IMG/VR virus record: IMGVR_UViG_3300042890_002482
Location: 1 to 60,514 of that record
Origin: a virus
Taxonomy: Duplodnaviria; Caudoviricetes
DNA length: 60,514 nt
Strand: one strand, 5' to 3'
Position numbers and translations under genes: made by a program. The first letter of the stretch is position 1. Every line of letters starts with the position of its first letter. The notes below the pieces were generated by a model, which saw nothing but the letters and a program-made list of their open reading frames with translations, was not told the DNA's origin and made no database searches. Shown in pieces: positions 27,368-38,700 of the stretch.

Positions 27368-29095
27368 ATGAATAATATTTTCCAGAAAAATAATATCTTA
27401 ATTAGAGGTCTGCTCAGCACGACCTATAACTTTTTGCAGAAGACTTACAATCAGAGCAGGAACGTATTCACAACAGCTTCTGCATGGGGACAGATCCTAT
27501 TTGTTCTGGAGAATCTTTCCCAGCTGATTCTTTACTTTATCGAGGATTCCATCACCGAATTGAACATCTACGAAGCAACTAGAGATTACTCTGTTAGAAG
27601 CTTAGCTAGAATTGCAGGATATGACCCTGCAAGAGCAATGGCAGCCCAGGGTGAAGTTGCAGTTTCCTGGAATCTAAAGACAACATCCGTTGGCGGAGGT
27701 GCAGTTATAATCCAAGAAAACACTAGAATTCAGTGTGAGCAGAATGGACTTGCATACACTCTGATGATCAATGGTCCCAGAGTTAAAGTTTCTCTAACGA
27801 GAGGAACCTCTTTTAAGTTTAAGACAATTCAGGGAGCATTTAGTACAACCACCTTCACCGGAACCGGGAACGCGCTTCAGAGTTTCAACGTTCCTGTAAA
27901 GGGAGGGGTTTTCTTAGACCAGTTCAACGTTAAAGTTACCGTCAATGATAATAGATGGAAGCAATATTCTTCCCTGTATGACATTCCTCTAGAAGGGGAA
28001 GGTTATCTAGTGATGTCCGGAATCAACGAGGGGATAGACATCTACTTCGGAAATTCCAACTTCGGAAAAGTACCACCTCCTGGATCTTTTATTAAAGTTG
28101 AATATCTGCAGACTTCAGGATCACTTGGAAACCTAAGATCCACTGCTACCTCTAAAATTACCTATAAGTTCCTAGACCAGGGAACAGACTTATTCGGAAA
28201 TGCGGTTAATCTGAACGACTATCTACAAATAGTAAACACCGTAGACCCATCATTTGGGGCAGACGAGGAACCTATTGCTATCACTAGATTGGCAGCTCCA
28301 AAAACTAGCAGGGCATTCGTCTTTGCAAATGCTGCAAACTACGAGATTTACCTTCAGAAGTTTAACATCTTCTCTCAGATCCAGGCCTTCTCTACTTTTG
28401 ACGATGAGTATCTGGACGATGATAACGTAGTCTACCTCTACCTAGTTCCGGATGTGACTATTGGGCTCACTTCTAACGAGGACTATTTCAGCATTCCTAT
28501 ATCTTCTTTCTTGCTAACTCAGGCTCAGAAGCTAGCAATCCTTAATTTAATCGAAGATTCTGGGTCGATGATAGCAACTACCGTTGTTAAGATAGTAGAA
28601 CCAAGAATTTCCAGATATGTAGGAAATGCAATCATTACCGTATTTGAAGGATTTGACCCGGAGATTATCAAGGACAAAATCCAGTCGACTATTTCCACAT
28701 ACTTTATCAACTTGAAGAGAAGGGATAAAATTCCTAAATCCGATATGATCGCTTTGATCGAATCTGTTCCTGGTGTTGATTCTGTTTCTTTCTATTTCGT
28801 AGGACAAGCAAACGAAGCTTACCATGCTACGATAGACAATCTTCCAAACACCAGCGTTTCCGAGTTGAACACCAATATTGGATTTGATGAATTTGGAGAT
28901 ATAATTATCGGAAGAGGAGAACTAGTTGTTATTAGAGGTGGATGGAACGACAGATACGGATCTTCCTATGAAGTTGGAATCGTACCAGGGAAACCTTCTG
29001 CATTAAACATCTCTATTAAAGGGATAGTTCCAGTTACTTATCTTTCTGAACTTGGAGCAGAAACTAAAGCTCAACTAATAGCTGCAAATAAATAA
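27368..29095 (+). CDS. Baseplate wedge subunit, gp6/baseplate-J-like
   Basis: Follows gp25; ATRDYSVRSLARIAGY, IYFGNSNFGKVP, GADEEPIAITRLAAP, VPGVDSV. Confidence 0.85.
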   Translation: MNNIFQKNNILIRGLLSTTYNFLQKTYNQSRNVFTTASAWGQILFVLENLSQLILYFIEDSITELNIYEATRDYSVRSLARIAGYDPARAMAAQGEVAVSWNLKTTSVGGGAVIIQENTRIQCEQNGLAYTLMINGPRVKVSLTRGTSFKFKTIQGAFSTTTFTGTGNALQSFNVPVKGGVFLDQFNVKVTVNDNRWKQYSSLYDIPLEGEGYLVMSGINEGIDIYFGNSNFGKVPPPGSFIKVEYLQTSGSLGNLRSTATSKITYKFLDQGTDLFGNAVNLNDYLQIVNTVDPSFGADEEPIAITRLAAPKTSRAFVFANAANYEIYLQKFNIFSQIQAFSTFDDEYLDDDNVVYLYLVPDVTIGLTSNEDYFSIPISSFLLTQAQKLAILNLIEDSGSMIATTVVKIVEPRISRYVGNAIITVFEGFDPEIIKDKIQSTISTYFINLKRRDKIPKSDMIALIESVPGVDSVSFYFVGQANEAYHATIDNLPNTSVSELNTNIGFDEFGDIIIGRGELVVIRGGWNDRYGSSYEVGIVPGKPSALNISIKGIVPVTYLSELGAETKAQLIAANK

Positions 29096-29101
29096 GAAGA
29101 A

Positions 29102-29674
29102 ATGGCACTAGATTATTCTCCATATTTTTCCGACGAGGGAAAAAACGCTTACACAAATACTCCGGTTGCTCCGTCTTCTAACTCCTCTTCGAACAGTCCG
29201 AACGGGATAAAGTATAAGAACTACACGGCTAATTTTGACACGATCACTGATCTATACCCAACTTCGGGCCAAGCAGAAATAAGATCTTACAATCTGGGAT
29301 GCTCCGGATATAGAACTATCTTAATTTCCTCTGCTGGAAATTATCAGTATGCTCCGTGTCAAACCTCTGCCGAGTACACCACCATTATGGCGGGGATTCC
29401 AAAGGAGGATATGCCCAGAAGATACTACCTTTTCGATCAGACGGAGAACGTCTTTGATGTTAAAGATTCAGTCAACGATAACGCCTTTACCGGATTTAAC
29501 TATAAGGAACAGATTTTTCCTAGAACCCTGTCTAATCTAATCTATGCAAATCCAGAGAAAATTCCAATCCTAGACAAATACCAAAGGGTTGTATTCGCCC
29601 TTATCGAGTCCGTTAAACAGATTAGAAACTACTTTAACTACACAGTTCCTTTTAATAACAGAAGAGTTTTCTAA
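29102..29674 (+). CDS. Baseplate-region protein with a small Cys-containing (DUF3721-like) module
   Basis: Between gp6 and the gp7-like gene; LYPTSGQAEIRSYNLGCSGY...APC. Confidence 0.6.
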   Translation: MALDYSPYFSDEGKNAYTNTPVAPSSNSSSNSPNGIKYKNYTANFDTITDLYPTSGQAEIRSYNLGCSGYRTILISSAGNYQYAPCQTSAEYTTIMAGIPKEDMPRRYYLFDQTENVFDVKDSVNDNAFTGFNYKEQIFPRTLSNLIYANPEKIPILDKYQRVVFALIESVKQIRNYFNYTVPFNNRRVF

Positions 29675-29676
29675 AG

Positions 29677-32600
29677 ATGGCAAATTTACACTTAAGGTTT
29701 TTTGATAAGCAAGGAGACCCTCTAAATTTTGCATATGTTGGTCCAACTGGATCTGCTAATTTAGACACCAGTTACCTCTACTATTCCACAAATTCTGGAT
29801 CATCCCCAGCTGATGGATATATTTCCCTTGTAGACATTGACAATGGACTTGTCTATCTAAATACAACAGATAGAACTAGAGGAAATCTCATTCCGTGGGC
29901 TCAAGAAGTCTTAGCTTCCATCATAGACGGAGCAACCATTAGGGTTAACCTAGCGGTCTACCCTGCTAACGATTTAAGCTTTAGAGTTAGAGATGTTTCT
30001 ATCTCCGGGCCTACGATTACACTAACTGTAGATAAAATTCTGGGATCTACTATTATTTCCGACCAGAACGACATAAACCTGTCGACCGAATACACAAATC
30101 TACCCGGTGGATATTTCTACGGGGAGATGTATTTCGATCCAATCTCTGCAGGACTCTACGAGAACCAGCAGATCTTTATTGTGCAGGAATTTGTCGTTGG
30201 ATCCACAGGTGAACTTGGGTATCCCCACACCAATGCAACTGGACCAACTGCAGGAACCCGGTTATGGAGAACTAGATGGGCGAACGACACATACGGAAAC
30301 ACAGACGTTTCCGAGATCATCTTCACTTACCAGATTGTTCAGAACGACCCTGATATTTCGGGGGAACCTTCTATTATCAACTACCAGAACATTGCAATCC
30401 CTGTTGGTGGGACTTCTGCAGATTTTTATTCTATTGCTTATCCTGGATATGTCCAAACCACCTCTGGATCAGTAGACTCCTCCGCCCTGTCTATCAACGT
30501 TGCTCTAAATGCACCTGATGTTGCAGCAGAGGTCTACGAGAGAAGGCTTGTAGTAGAAGACATAACATCAGGAACACCGGAAAAGATTGTAGAGATCCTA
30601 TTTTATGGACAGATTATAGGAGAAGATTCTCGTCTCGATGTTCTGACCGCAAACCTCGGAAGGGCATTCTATCAAATTGACTCTAACATTCTAAGGGGAC
30701 ACGACCCTTATGAACCACTTCCAAACTGGATAGAGATCAACGAGAAAAGAAAGGAATTGATGGTTGCGGGGGAAGAAATCTTTCCCTATATCGGAGCTTA
30801 CAAAGGTCTAATTGGAGCACTTCAGTTCTTCGGCTACCAAGATTTAAGAATCAAGGAATATTGGTTAAATCTAAACTACCAGAAGGTAAAGGTTAGCCCT
30901 CTTCTGGAGAACCAGATGTTCCTCAATAAATACGACCAGAGCTTCATGGTCAACCAGTCGATCCAGATCGCTGATGTTTTGGATAATGAAAATAGTGGGA
31001 AATATAGACTTGAACAGACCTATGGACCAGATGCAGACGGAAATTACGTTCTGAACGTTTCTGGAGAAGATACCCTAGTTCCTAGCAGAACTTACAAAAA
31101 GACTTCTCTATTTGGTCTCTACTACGATCTGAACAAGTCGACTGTTCTGGAGGACGAATATGGATATCCTATTACTGAGGAGGCATTTGTCTTCAGTCAG
31201 GAGGAAATTCTGGTTAAACTCTTTGCTCTAAAGCAGAGACTTAAACTAACCTATCTACCCCTAAATGCAAGGATAGTAGACATCACTGGAGAAGGTGTTT
31301 ATTTTGAAGTCTATAATACTAGATCTTGGACAGATACGATGGAGAGAAACGACATCGACTCTGGATTTAATCTAGACATTAAGGCAAACCCCCCACAGGG
31401 ATACATTGAGGATCTTAGATCTTTTGGCCTCAGAACTTACCCTAACTCGATCCAAGCTCCGATGAACTACTTCGACGTTATAGATTATAATGTCAGCATA
31501 GTAGGACCTTCGGGAGATGCCTTTAGCTTCTCTGGAGCAACTGGCCAGACGGATACACTTGTAGCTGTCCCGGGATATAATCCAATTATTACTCTAGAAA
31601 AAGGAAAGACATACAACTTTACTCTTGTTACCACAGGATATGACTTTTATCTTACCACACAGTCTTCTCTGTCTCAAGTTAATCCATTAGGTGTTACTAA
31701 TAACGGGACAATCGGGGGAACTGGTGGACCTGTTACAATTAACGTAAATCCGCAGGAACAGACCACTATCTACTATTATTCTAGTGTAAATCCAACCAAG
31801 CTTCAGGGAACTATGACCATAGTGAACTCTCCTAGCTCTGATTTAGGGAACGTTTCCGCACCTCTTGATAACCTTCAAAACTATAGCTCTTCTCAAAATT
31901 CAGCTATGCTGGATGCCATTTCCAACTTCTACTATTTGAAAGAGAATGGTCAAATAAAATCTTTGGGAGATGGAACATCAGATCCCATTGACTATATTGA
32001 ACCTGCAACAGGTCTCCCCTATCAGAATCCAATCGGAATGCCGGTCATTCTGGAAACACTTTTGGACATCTGGGTTTGGGATGAAATGGGAGTCAGCTGG
32101 AATTCTTTGAAGCTTCCTGATTTTAAAATTGGAGATTTAGTTAACGTTAAAACGTACCAGGATCCATCCGGTCCTTTCTATGGACCAACTGGACCAACCG
32201 GAACTACCGGAGGAGTCGGAGCACAAATTATAGGAACAACCGGTTCCTACACAGATCAGATTTACCACGTTAGACTTTCTTCTGATCTGTCAACAACATT
32301 TTTGACCGTAAATCTTTTGACTTCCACAATTCAGGATCTTCAACTTCTGAACTGGGATAATATAGATTTCTCGACCTACAACGAGGTTGAGTGGATCATA
32401 GAAAAAACTGCAACCCAACCAGGAACACCCTATTACTTCCAGAAGAGGGGGTACATCATGGACTATAATAAACTGGCCCATTTCCTTCCTTACACGGGAG
32501 AATATATGGTTACCTGCAACGTCTACGATTCGTTTAACTTCAAGAACAACATCATTAAGAATTCTCTGATTAAAGTCGATCCAATCCAGATCGAGATGGA

Positions 32601-33993
32601 TGCTTGGACCAGGTACAGACAGAACGAGTACTATTCTTGGAACCAAACAATCAGAGATTGGGACTCCTACGGGTCCATCTGGGAATATCCAGCAGAAGGA
32701 AAAACATACAGTGAACTAACTCAGAATCTTCCCCCGGAAATCCTTCAGTTTTCAACTTACGGAAACAACGTCCAGGGAACTGCAGATATGATGGTGAGAG
32801 TTCCGATTAATCCGCAGGGTGCTTCTGGAAATATAGTTCTTCAGCAGAGCTTCTACAGCATACTTCAGGCTTATTCGGTCTGGATTCCTTCCCTACCGGG
32901 AAGCCCTACCAGCAACCAATACGGGTTTGTTCAGATCGTAACAGATCAGCCACACGGATTTACCGAGGGATCTCTGGTATTCATCTCAGGATCAACTCCG
33001 GAAATAAACGGTGCGTGGGACGTTGAAATACCTCCCGGTGCCACTGGAAATTCTTTCCAGATTCCGGTGGTATTGGAACCTGGCGATGGAATTATTGCGG
33101 GAAGTACAGGCTATATCCCTGGTGCAACTGCAACTTACATAGACCCTTCTTACTGGACGAGCCAGACTGTTACTGGAGGAGGAGAGATTAACATCTTAGT
33201 TAATGGAAGATCCATTGGGGCAACCTCAGCAGGAGCTAGTCTTCAGTCGACCGTTAATTCCATAGTAGAAGTTGTTAACTCTGTGTATACCCAACCCGAT
33301 TATTTTGCAGGCTGCACTGGGCCGAACTCGATTCCTGCAACCCTTAATATTCTAGCAAACACGGACTCTGGAAACGTTGGCAATGGCGACGTCTTAACTG
33401 CAGTCGTAACCGGATCGCTAGAGGTTATTTCTTCCAGCCCTTCTCTTTCCGGAGGTGCAACCTCAGGAAGCCAGTATATCTCGTGGAACGAAAACTACGG
33501 AAGCTTCCCTGACGAGAACCTAAGATACTGGGGATATAAAAATCTAAACTGGGATTCTATTCCAACCTCAACTTGGGATCAAGCATACGCTCATGGATGG
33601 TATGATTTTGAGTATGAGAACGGATGGTTAGGAGGATTTGAAATTCACAGCATTAAAGTTGGGGACAACATTAAAGTTAGTACGGGAAATGAGACATATC
33701 CTTTCCCTGTAGGAGTTACTTTTTCAGCAACAGGTGGGGTAACTGGACCTACCGGATACATCACCCTATCTGGAGCAGTTTCAGAATTAAACTCTTCGAC
33801 TGAGCCTCACATTTCTAATTTCTACTACCAGGTATATCCATACGGATCTGGAGATCTTCTAACAACTGCTCAGCCGGTTCAGATCGAGTTCACCTTCTTT
33901 GGTGCAACCTCCGGAGGATATGCTTCTCCCCCGACTGTTCCTGGAGCACCACCACCGTTGATAGTTTCTTTCACATATGCAACTGGACCTTAA
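29677..33993 (+). CDS. Large baseplate wedge protein, gp7/tail-protein-I-like, with inserted modules
   Basis: IGAYKGLIGALQFFGY and LKLTYLPLNARIVDI resemble the gp7/P2-I core; position after gp6. Confidence 0.6.
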   Translation: MANLHLRFFDKQGDPLNFAYVGPTGSANLDTSYLYYSTNSGSSPADGYISLVDIDNGLVYLNTTDRTRGNLIPWAQEVLASIIDGATIRVNLAVYPANDLSFRVRDVSISGPTITLTVDKILGSTIISDQNDINLSTEYTNLPGGYFYGEMYFDPISAGLYENQQIFIVQEFVVGSTGELGYPHTNATGPTAGTRLWRTRWANDTYGNTDVSEIIFTYQIVQNDPDISGEPSIINYQNIAIPVGGTSADFYSIAYPGYVQTTSGSVDSSALSINVALNAPDVAAEVYERRLVVEDITSGTPEKIVEILFYGQIIGEDSRLDVLTANLGRAFYQIDSNILRGHDPYEPLPNWIEINEKRKELMVAGEEIFPYIGAYKGLIGALQFFGYQDLRIKEYWLNLNYQKVKVSPLLENQMFLNKYDQSFMVNQSIQIADVLDNENSGKYRLEQTYGPDADGNYVLNVSGEDTLVPSRTYKKTSLFGLYYDLNKSTVLEDEYGYPITEEAFVFSQEEILVKLFALKQRLKLTYLPLNARIVDITGEGVYFEVYNTRSWTDTMERNDIDSGFNLDIKANPPQGYIEDLRSFGLRTYPNSIQAPMNYFDVIDYNVSIVGPSGDAFSFSGATGQTDTLVAVPGYNPIITLEKGKTYNFTLVTTGYDFYLTTQSSLSQVNPLGVTNNGTIGGTGGPVTINVNPQEQTTIYYYSSVNPTKLQGTMTIVNSPSSDLGNVSAPLDNLQNYSSSQNSAMLDAISNFYYLKENGQIKSLGDGTSDPIDYIEPATGLPYQNPIGMPVILETLLDIWVWDEMGVSWNSLKLPDFKIGDLVNVKTYQDPSGPFYGPTGPTGTTGGVGAQIIGTTGSYTDQIYHVRLSSDLSTTFLTVNLLTSTIQDLQLLNWDNIDFSTYNEVEWIIEKTATQPGTPYYFQKRGYIMDYNKLAHFLPYTGEYMVTCNVYDSFNFKNNIIKNSLIKVDPIQIEMDAWTRYRQNEYYSWNQTIRDWDSYGSIWEYPAEGKTYSELTQNLPPEILQFSTYGNNVQGTADMMVRVPINPQGASGNIVLQQSFYSILQAYSVWIPSLPGSPTSNQYGFVQIVTDQPHGFTEGSLVFISGSTPEINGAWDVEIPPGATGNSFQIPVVLEPGDGIIAGSTGYIPGATATYIDPSYWTSQTVTGGGEINILVNGRSIGATSAGASLQSTVNSIVEVVNSVYTQPDYFAGCTGPNSIPATLNILANTDSGNVGNGDVLTAVVTGSLEVISSSPSLSGGATSGSQYISWNENYGSFPDENLRYWGYKNLNWDSIPTSTWDQAYAHGWYDFEYENGWLGGFEIHSIKVGDNIKVSTGNETYPFPVGVTFSATGGVTGPTGYITLSGAVSELNSSTEPHISNFYYQVYPYGSGDLLTTAQPVQIEFTFFGATSGGYASPPTVPGAPPPLIVSFTYATGP

Positions 33994-34009
33994 TTTAAAT
34001 TACTAATAG

Positions 34010-35710
34010 ATGTCAGAGAGTTTACAAATATACCAATACCAATCGGTAAATTTTACCGACACAAGTTCAGGAGCGGTTCCCCTGACTAGATCGTGGTCTT
34101 TTTCCGGCGGATCTCCTGCTACAGGAACTGGAATAACTGCAGCGATTTTTTATAACGTCCCTGGGAACTACACAGTTTCTCTGACTGAAACTGATTCGTT
34201 TGGAACTACTTCCACTCTAACAAAAACCAATCTGATCCAGGTTTCTCCTACCACTCTGGTAGCTGGAATTTCTGGCCCATCTCCTTCATCCGTGAAGATG
34301 AACGAGGGATACAGCCTTCAGGACTCCACAGTTGGAACTCCTTTCCCCCCAACCTCCTGGACGTGGACCCTTCCTTATGGAAGATCCGCAACAACACAAA
34401 ACGTTGGTGTTACTGGATATGCTGATTGGAACACGTTAACCGGGGGATATACCGGTGCACCTGGGTCTTCCTATACTGCAAACATTTCGCTGTCTACCTC
34501 TAATGTTTATCTTTCGTCCTCGGCTTCTACGTCTGTGCAGGTTCAAAAGTTGGGCCCTGCTGAACAGCTTTATCTAAACGCAACTGGCCCTTCTAGTCCT
34601 AATTTTGTAACCGGACTTTCTGGCGGAATTGTTACCAGCGGTGGAATTCCGGTTGACATGAACTTTTTCGGGTATTCCTCTTCCAATCTGATAATTAGAC
34701 TTAATTATCTTCTGAGAGGGACTTCTAATAAAACAAATTTGTATTTCCATTCAGACACAGAAACTGCAAATGTGATGATGAATACTGGATTATGGAGCTC
34801 GACTTACAATGACATAATCGGGGGTCTCATGCTAATTCAAGGACCGATATACTCTTCCTACTCTTATCTCAGCCCAAATGACGCTATAAATCTTGGGTTC
34901 TATATCGTCTCGGATCAGACTGCTGAATTTTTTATCGGTGATACCTCGGGGCTTTTACTGAATCTATACGCAAACTACAGCTACAGTTCTGGACTCCTTA
35001 ACTACCTCGTAAATAATCCATACAAGATTGCACACAGCGGAAATCTCCAGTATTCGAATACACAGAATCCAACCCCGATGACCTTTATAAATATCGGTGG
35101 ATCGGATTCTAACCCGGTTGTTTATTCCTCTGCTTATCTTCAGAACATTAATCTTCCATCTTTCCCAACCCCGGCTAATCCTGTTTACCAGATCTACATT
35201 TCTGTAACCTTGGGAGGAATCCCTTACGGAGCTACTGCTTCTATCGGAATCGCGGGAGCTACCGGGAACGATCCTTTAACTGCCGGTAATTTCTTTACCG
35301 CACAGAATACTGTTAACGGCTCTGGGTTTGTCAGCTTCCTCAATTCTGCTATTAATTCTTCTATACCCGGAGGAACTGGAAACGTTCAGTTTGTTGCAAG
35401 TCCTGATTTCTCTTGTGGCTGGTCTAGTCCAGTTGGATCTGGGTATAGTCCGACTGACTATTATGGGGTGGCCCTTCTAATTCTAAACGCATCATTAGTC
35501 CAGCTAGTTAGTATTTCGGACAACTCTGCAACTATTAACGGTTACTATAGTTCTAATATGCCTCCTTTAGCAACACCAATAGCACCTTTTACCGCTGATT
35601 ATGCAAACTCACAGGGTTCTCTGGAGACCTGTTCTGGATTATTTTCAACTCCTTTGTCTATAACACCAGGCATGGCCTACAATTTGATGAATTTTGGGGG
35701 AAGTGTCTAA
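34010..35710 (+). CDS. PKD-domain tail/fibre protein
   Basis: VNFTDTS...WSFSGGSP...YNVPGNYTVSLT and a second PKD-like repeat (QDSTVGT..PTSWTW). Confidence 0.75.
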   Translation: MSESLQIYQYQSVNFTDTSSGAVPLTRSWSFSGGSPATGTGITAAIFYNVPGNYTVSLTETDSFGTTSTLTKTNLIQVSPTTLVAGISGPSPSSVKMNEGYSLQDSTVGTPFPPTSWTWTLPYGRSATTQNVGVTGYADWNTLTGGYTGAPGSSYTANISLSTSNVYLSSSASTSVQVQKLGPAEQLYLNATGPSSPNFVTGLSGGIVTSGGIPVDMNFFGYSSSNLIIRLNYLLRGTSNKTNLYFHSDTETANVMMNTGLWSSTYNDIIGGLMLIQGPIYSSYSYLSPNDAINLGFYIVSDQTAEFFIGDTSGLLLNLYANYSYSSGLLNYLVNNPYKIAHSGNLQYSNTQNPTPMTFINIGGSDSNPVVYSSAYLQNINLPSFPTPANPVYQIYISVTLGGIPYGATASIGIAGATGNDPLTAGNFFTAQNTVNGSGFVSFLNSAINSSIPGGTGNVQFVASPDFSCGWSSPVGSGYSPTDYYGVALLILNASLVQLVSISDNSATINGYYSSNMPPLATPIAPFTADYANSQGSLETCSGLFSTPLSITPGMAYNLMNFGGSV

Positions 35711-35733
35711 AAAACTAAGAATAAATAAATTAA

Positions 35734-38700
35734 ATGGCAAGTACAACAGGATATATTAACGGAACTGCTTTAGATGGATTTAACAACGTCTGGGCAGTCG
35801 GCAGGGATCTGACTAAATTTGACGGCTCCATCTGGAGCTACTATGATTCTACCAATTCGGTAGTTCCTGGTAATAATCCCTACTACCTAGACACTAGAAG
35901 TATTTCTATCGACGAAGACTCTGTAAAATGGGTCGGATGTGCATTTACCCCTTCTCTGCCAACTCCTTTAATTTTTAGTGCAGCTGGACCTTTTGCCGCA
36001 ACTGGAGCTAGCTGGACCTCTCTGGAGGTAACAGGAGCAACTGGTCAATCCCTGGACGTTCCAACAATCTATGCATCCCCTTTCGGTGAACAGGTTCTTG
36101 CCTTCGTTTCTCCTCTGAACGGGGGAGCTGGGACTGGTCCTGCCGGGGTATATGGAGTTACCGGCGGGAGTCTCTATGTTTTTGATAAGACATACCTTAC
36201 CTGGACACAACCTGCGGAAGGATTTACCTGGCCTCACATCTACGACATTAAGGCTAAAGGGATCGAGGGAGTTACCTTCGACTATTACATAGCCACCCAA
36301 TATGGTGTTTATATTATCCCTGATGGAACTCTAAGAGTCTCTACCCTAGAAGGTGGAGAAACCTACATAGACCAAGCACAGATTTGGAACAGCAAAAACA
36401 CTTCTCTCCCATCTGATGTCATCTACTCCCTGGATTTTGACGAAAATGGGAATCTCTGGATTGGAACCGATGCTGGACTGGTCTACTGGGATCAAAATAA
36501 ATTCTACGTCTGGGATACTACCAATCTTCCAACTCTTGCAAACAACGAGATCACTTTCGTTCAAAGCCGACCCAACGGGCACGTCTTCTTTGCAGCGGGA
36601 GATTCAAACACTGGATCAGGAACTGGACTGTACCACTTTAATGGGGACACGTTAACTCTATATGATACATCCAATTCTAGTCTTCCTTCCGATGACGTTA
36701 TCTCGATCATGCTGACCGAGACGAAGTCTGTCAACAGCGGGCTGAAGATTTATCCCAACGATATCTTTGTTGCTTCTGGAAATTATGTTGGTTTATTTGA
36801 CTATGTTATTCCCCACGTCTATGCATCCTCTAAGTATGCAGGAACTACCGGATGGAACTTTGTCTACTATACACCAACAACCGAAGCTCTACCGACTGAC
36901 GAAGCAGAACTTCCTAAGGCAAACAAGTATACCTGGACCTACCCATCCTGGAGAACCTATCAAAACGATTACCTTCAATACAAACACCCTGGACTAGACC
37001 CTAGAAATCTCTTCTTGGAGGCAAACCTAAAGGCTATTGCAGACGGGAGAGCCGGAAAACAAGACTACTGGAATCTAAGTGAAATTCCAAATTTTGATTC
37101 GATCCAACTTGCTCAATCTCTTCAAGATTCTTCCTGGGTCGATGGAGTTACCGGTGGAGTTACAAAAACAACATCTGTGTCCTACATAGATGGAAAATAC
37201 GCAGTAGGAGGGTACACTAGTTTAGACACTGCATACTTTGGTCTGAGAAACAATTTGACTCCTTTAACTTTGACAAATCCCAATCCCACCCTATCTAGCT
37301 ACACAAGGTCTGGACAGAAGGTTGGCTATGTTGCCTACTATAACGAAGCAGGACAAGTACAGGACGTTCTCCCGATCAGAGGTTATGAGACCGAGGTCTG
37401 GGACATTCAAACGTCGGTAGATCAAAAATCTCTCTATGTTCTTGGAGCATATAAAGGGTATGTTGAAGCAGGAAAACTAATTTGGTCTTCTACCTATCCA
37501 GGAGCTGCTGGACTAACTGGAGGACCTACTGGAGGTCCGATCGGTTTCTCTAATATTCAAACTCCAGGAATAACCGGAAGCCCATACTTATACCCTTGGA
37601 TCTATGATGGAACTGGTGCTCTTCCTGCAACAGGACCGTATATTCCTGCAACAGGACCGGTTGATACGTCTGCGCAAGGAATTTTCTTGATGGAGATAGA
37701 AAAGAACATAGGAAGTCAAGCCTCTTACGGAGGAATAGATTTTGGGTCCGCCGGTGATTTCGAGACGTCTTATAGACTTAAAAAGTTCAGATCTTTCCCT
37801 GCAGCCAGCTCTTCCTATGATCCAAACTCTTCTTCTACAACAGTAGATACTGAGCTCTATGAAAAGACCCTTTCTCTGGCGGTCTCTAACTATGAGGTCG
37901 ACATCGTGGGAACACTAAAGGGTGGAATTTCCACATATAGCGATGGATGGGAAAGAGGACTCGACAATCCTTCCACTTCAGAATTCTTGTTCTCTTCTTG
38001 GAATTCTTCGTCTTATTTGAAGTCTGGATTTTGGATTTCAATCGGTACCGAATTTGAACTTCTAAAGTCTAAGGTCACCTCTGGAACTGGAGGAAACGTT
38101 ATCTTCAATTCGGTCCAGAAGGATCAAGGAACCCTAACCTATCTAATCACCGGAACCTCAGACTCTTACGGATTCAGTTTCCTTGGCTCTGGATTAACAG
38201 GGGGAACTACCGGATCTACTGGACCTCTGTACATGGTAGCAAACTATTCAGGGAGTCTATCTTCCTATAATTTCATCCAGACAAATTCAGCTCCGATTAA
38301 TCCCGAACAAGGGATAGATTCTGGATACAGGGACGGAAAATACTACTGGGCAACCTTCTATTCTGGAACTGCTTCTTTTGGATCATATACAGCTTCCCAA
38401 AATCCGGACTATAACGGATACAGCGTTTTAACTGCAGAACTAACCCCTTCTGAATCGACAGTTAAGCTGCACAGCAGCAAAGTTCTTCCCGTTGATTTAA
38501 ACATTACATCTATCGGTCTTGACGACATAGACGTTGGGAAGGCCGGACAGAAGTACTATTCGATATTTACTGAAGGCGGAACTGCCACCAACTACATCTG
38601 GAAGGTGAACCCGAGCGGGGGATTGAATGGATCTATCGGAGTTCCTGGAACTGGTCACATGAGACTCGGACTAGACCTGGAAGACAATCTACTAATCGGT

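Noticed and set aside
13782-33993. Baseplate cluster as a bacterial eCIS/T6SS/tailocin
   Set aside because: A gp23-like capsid gene, a gp13-like neck gene and phage-type phoH are in the same contiguous, phage-like segment.
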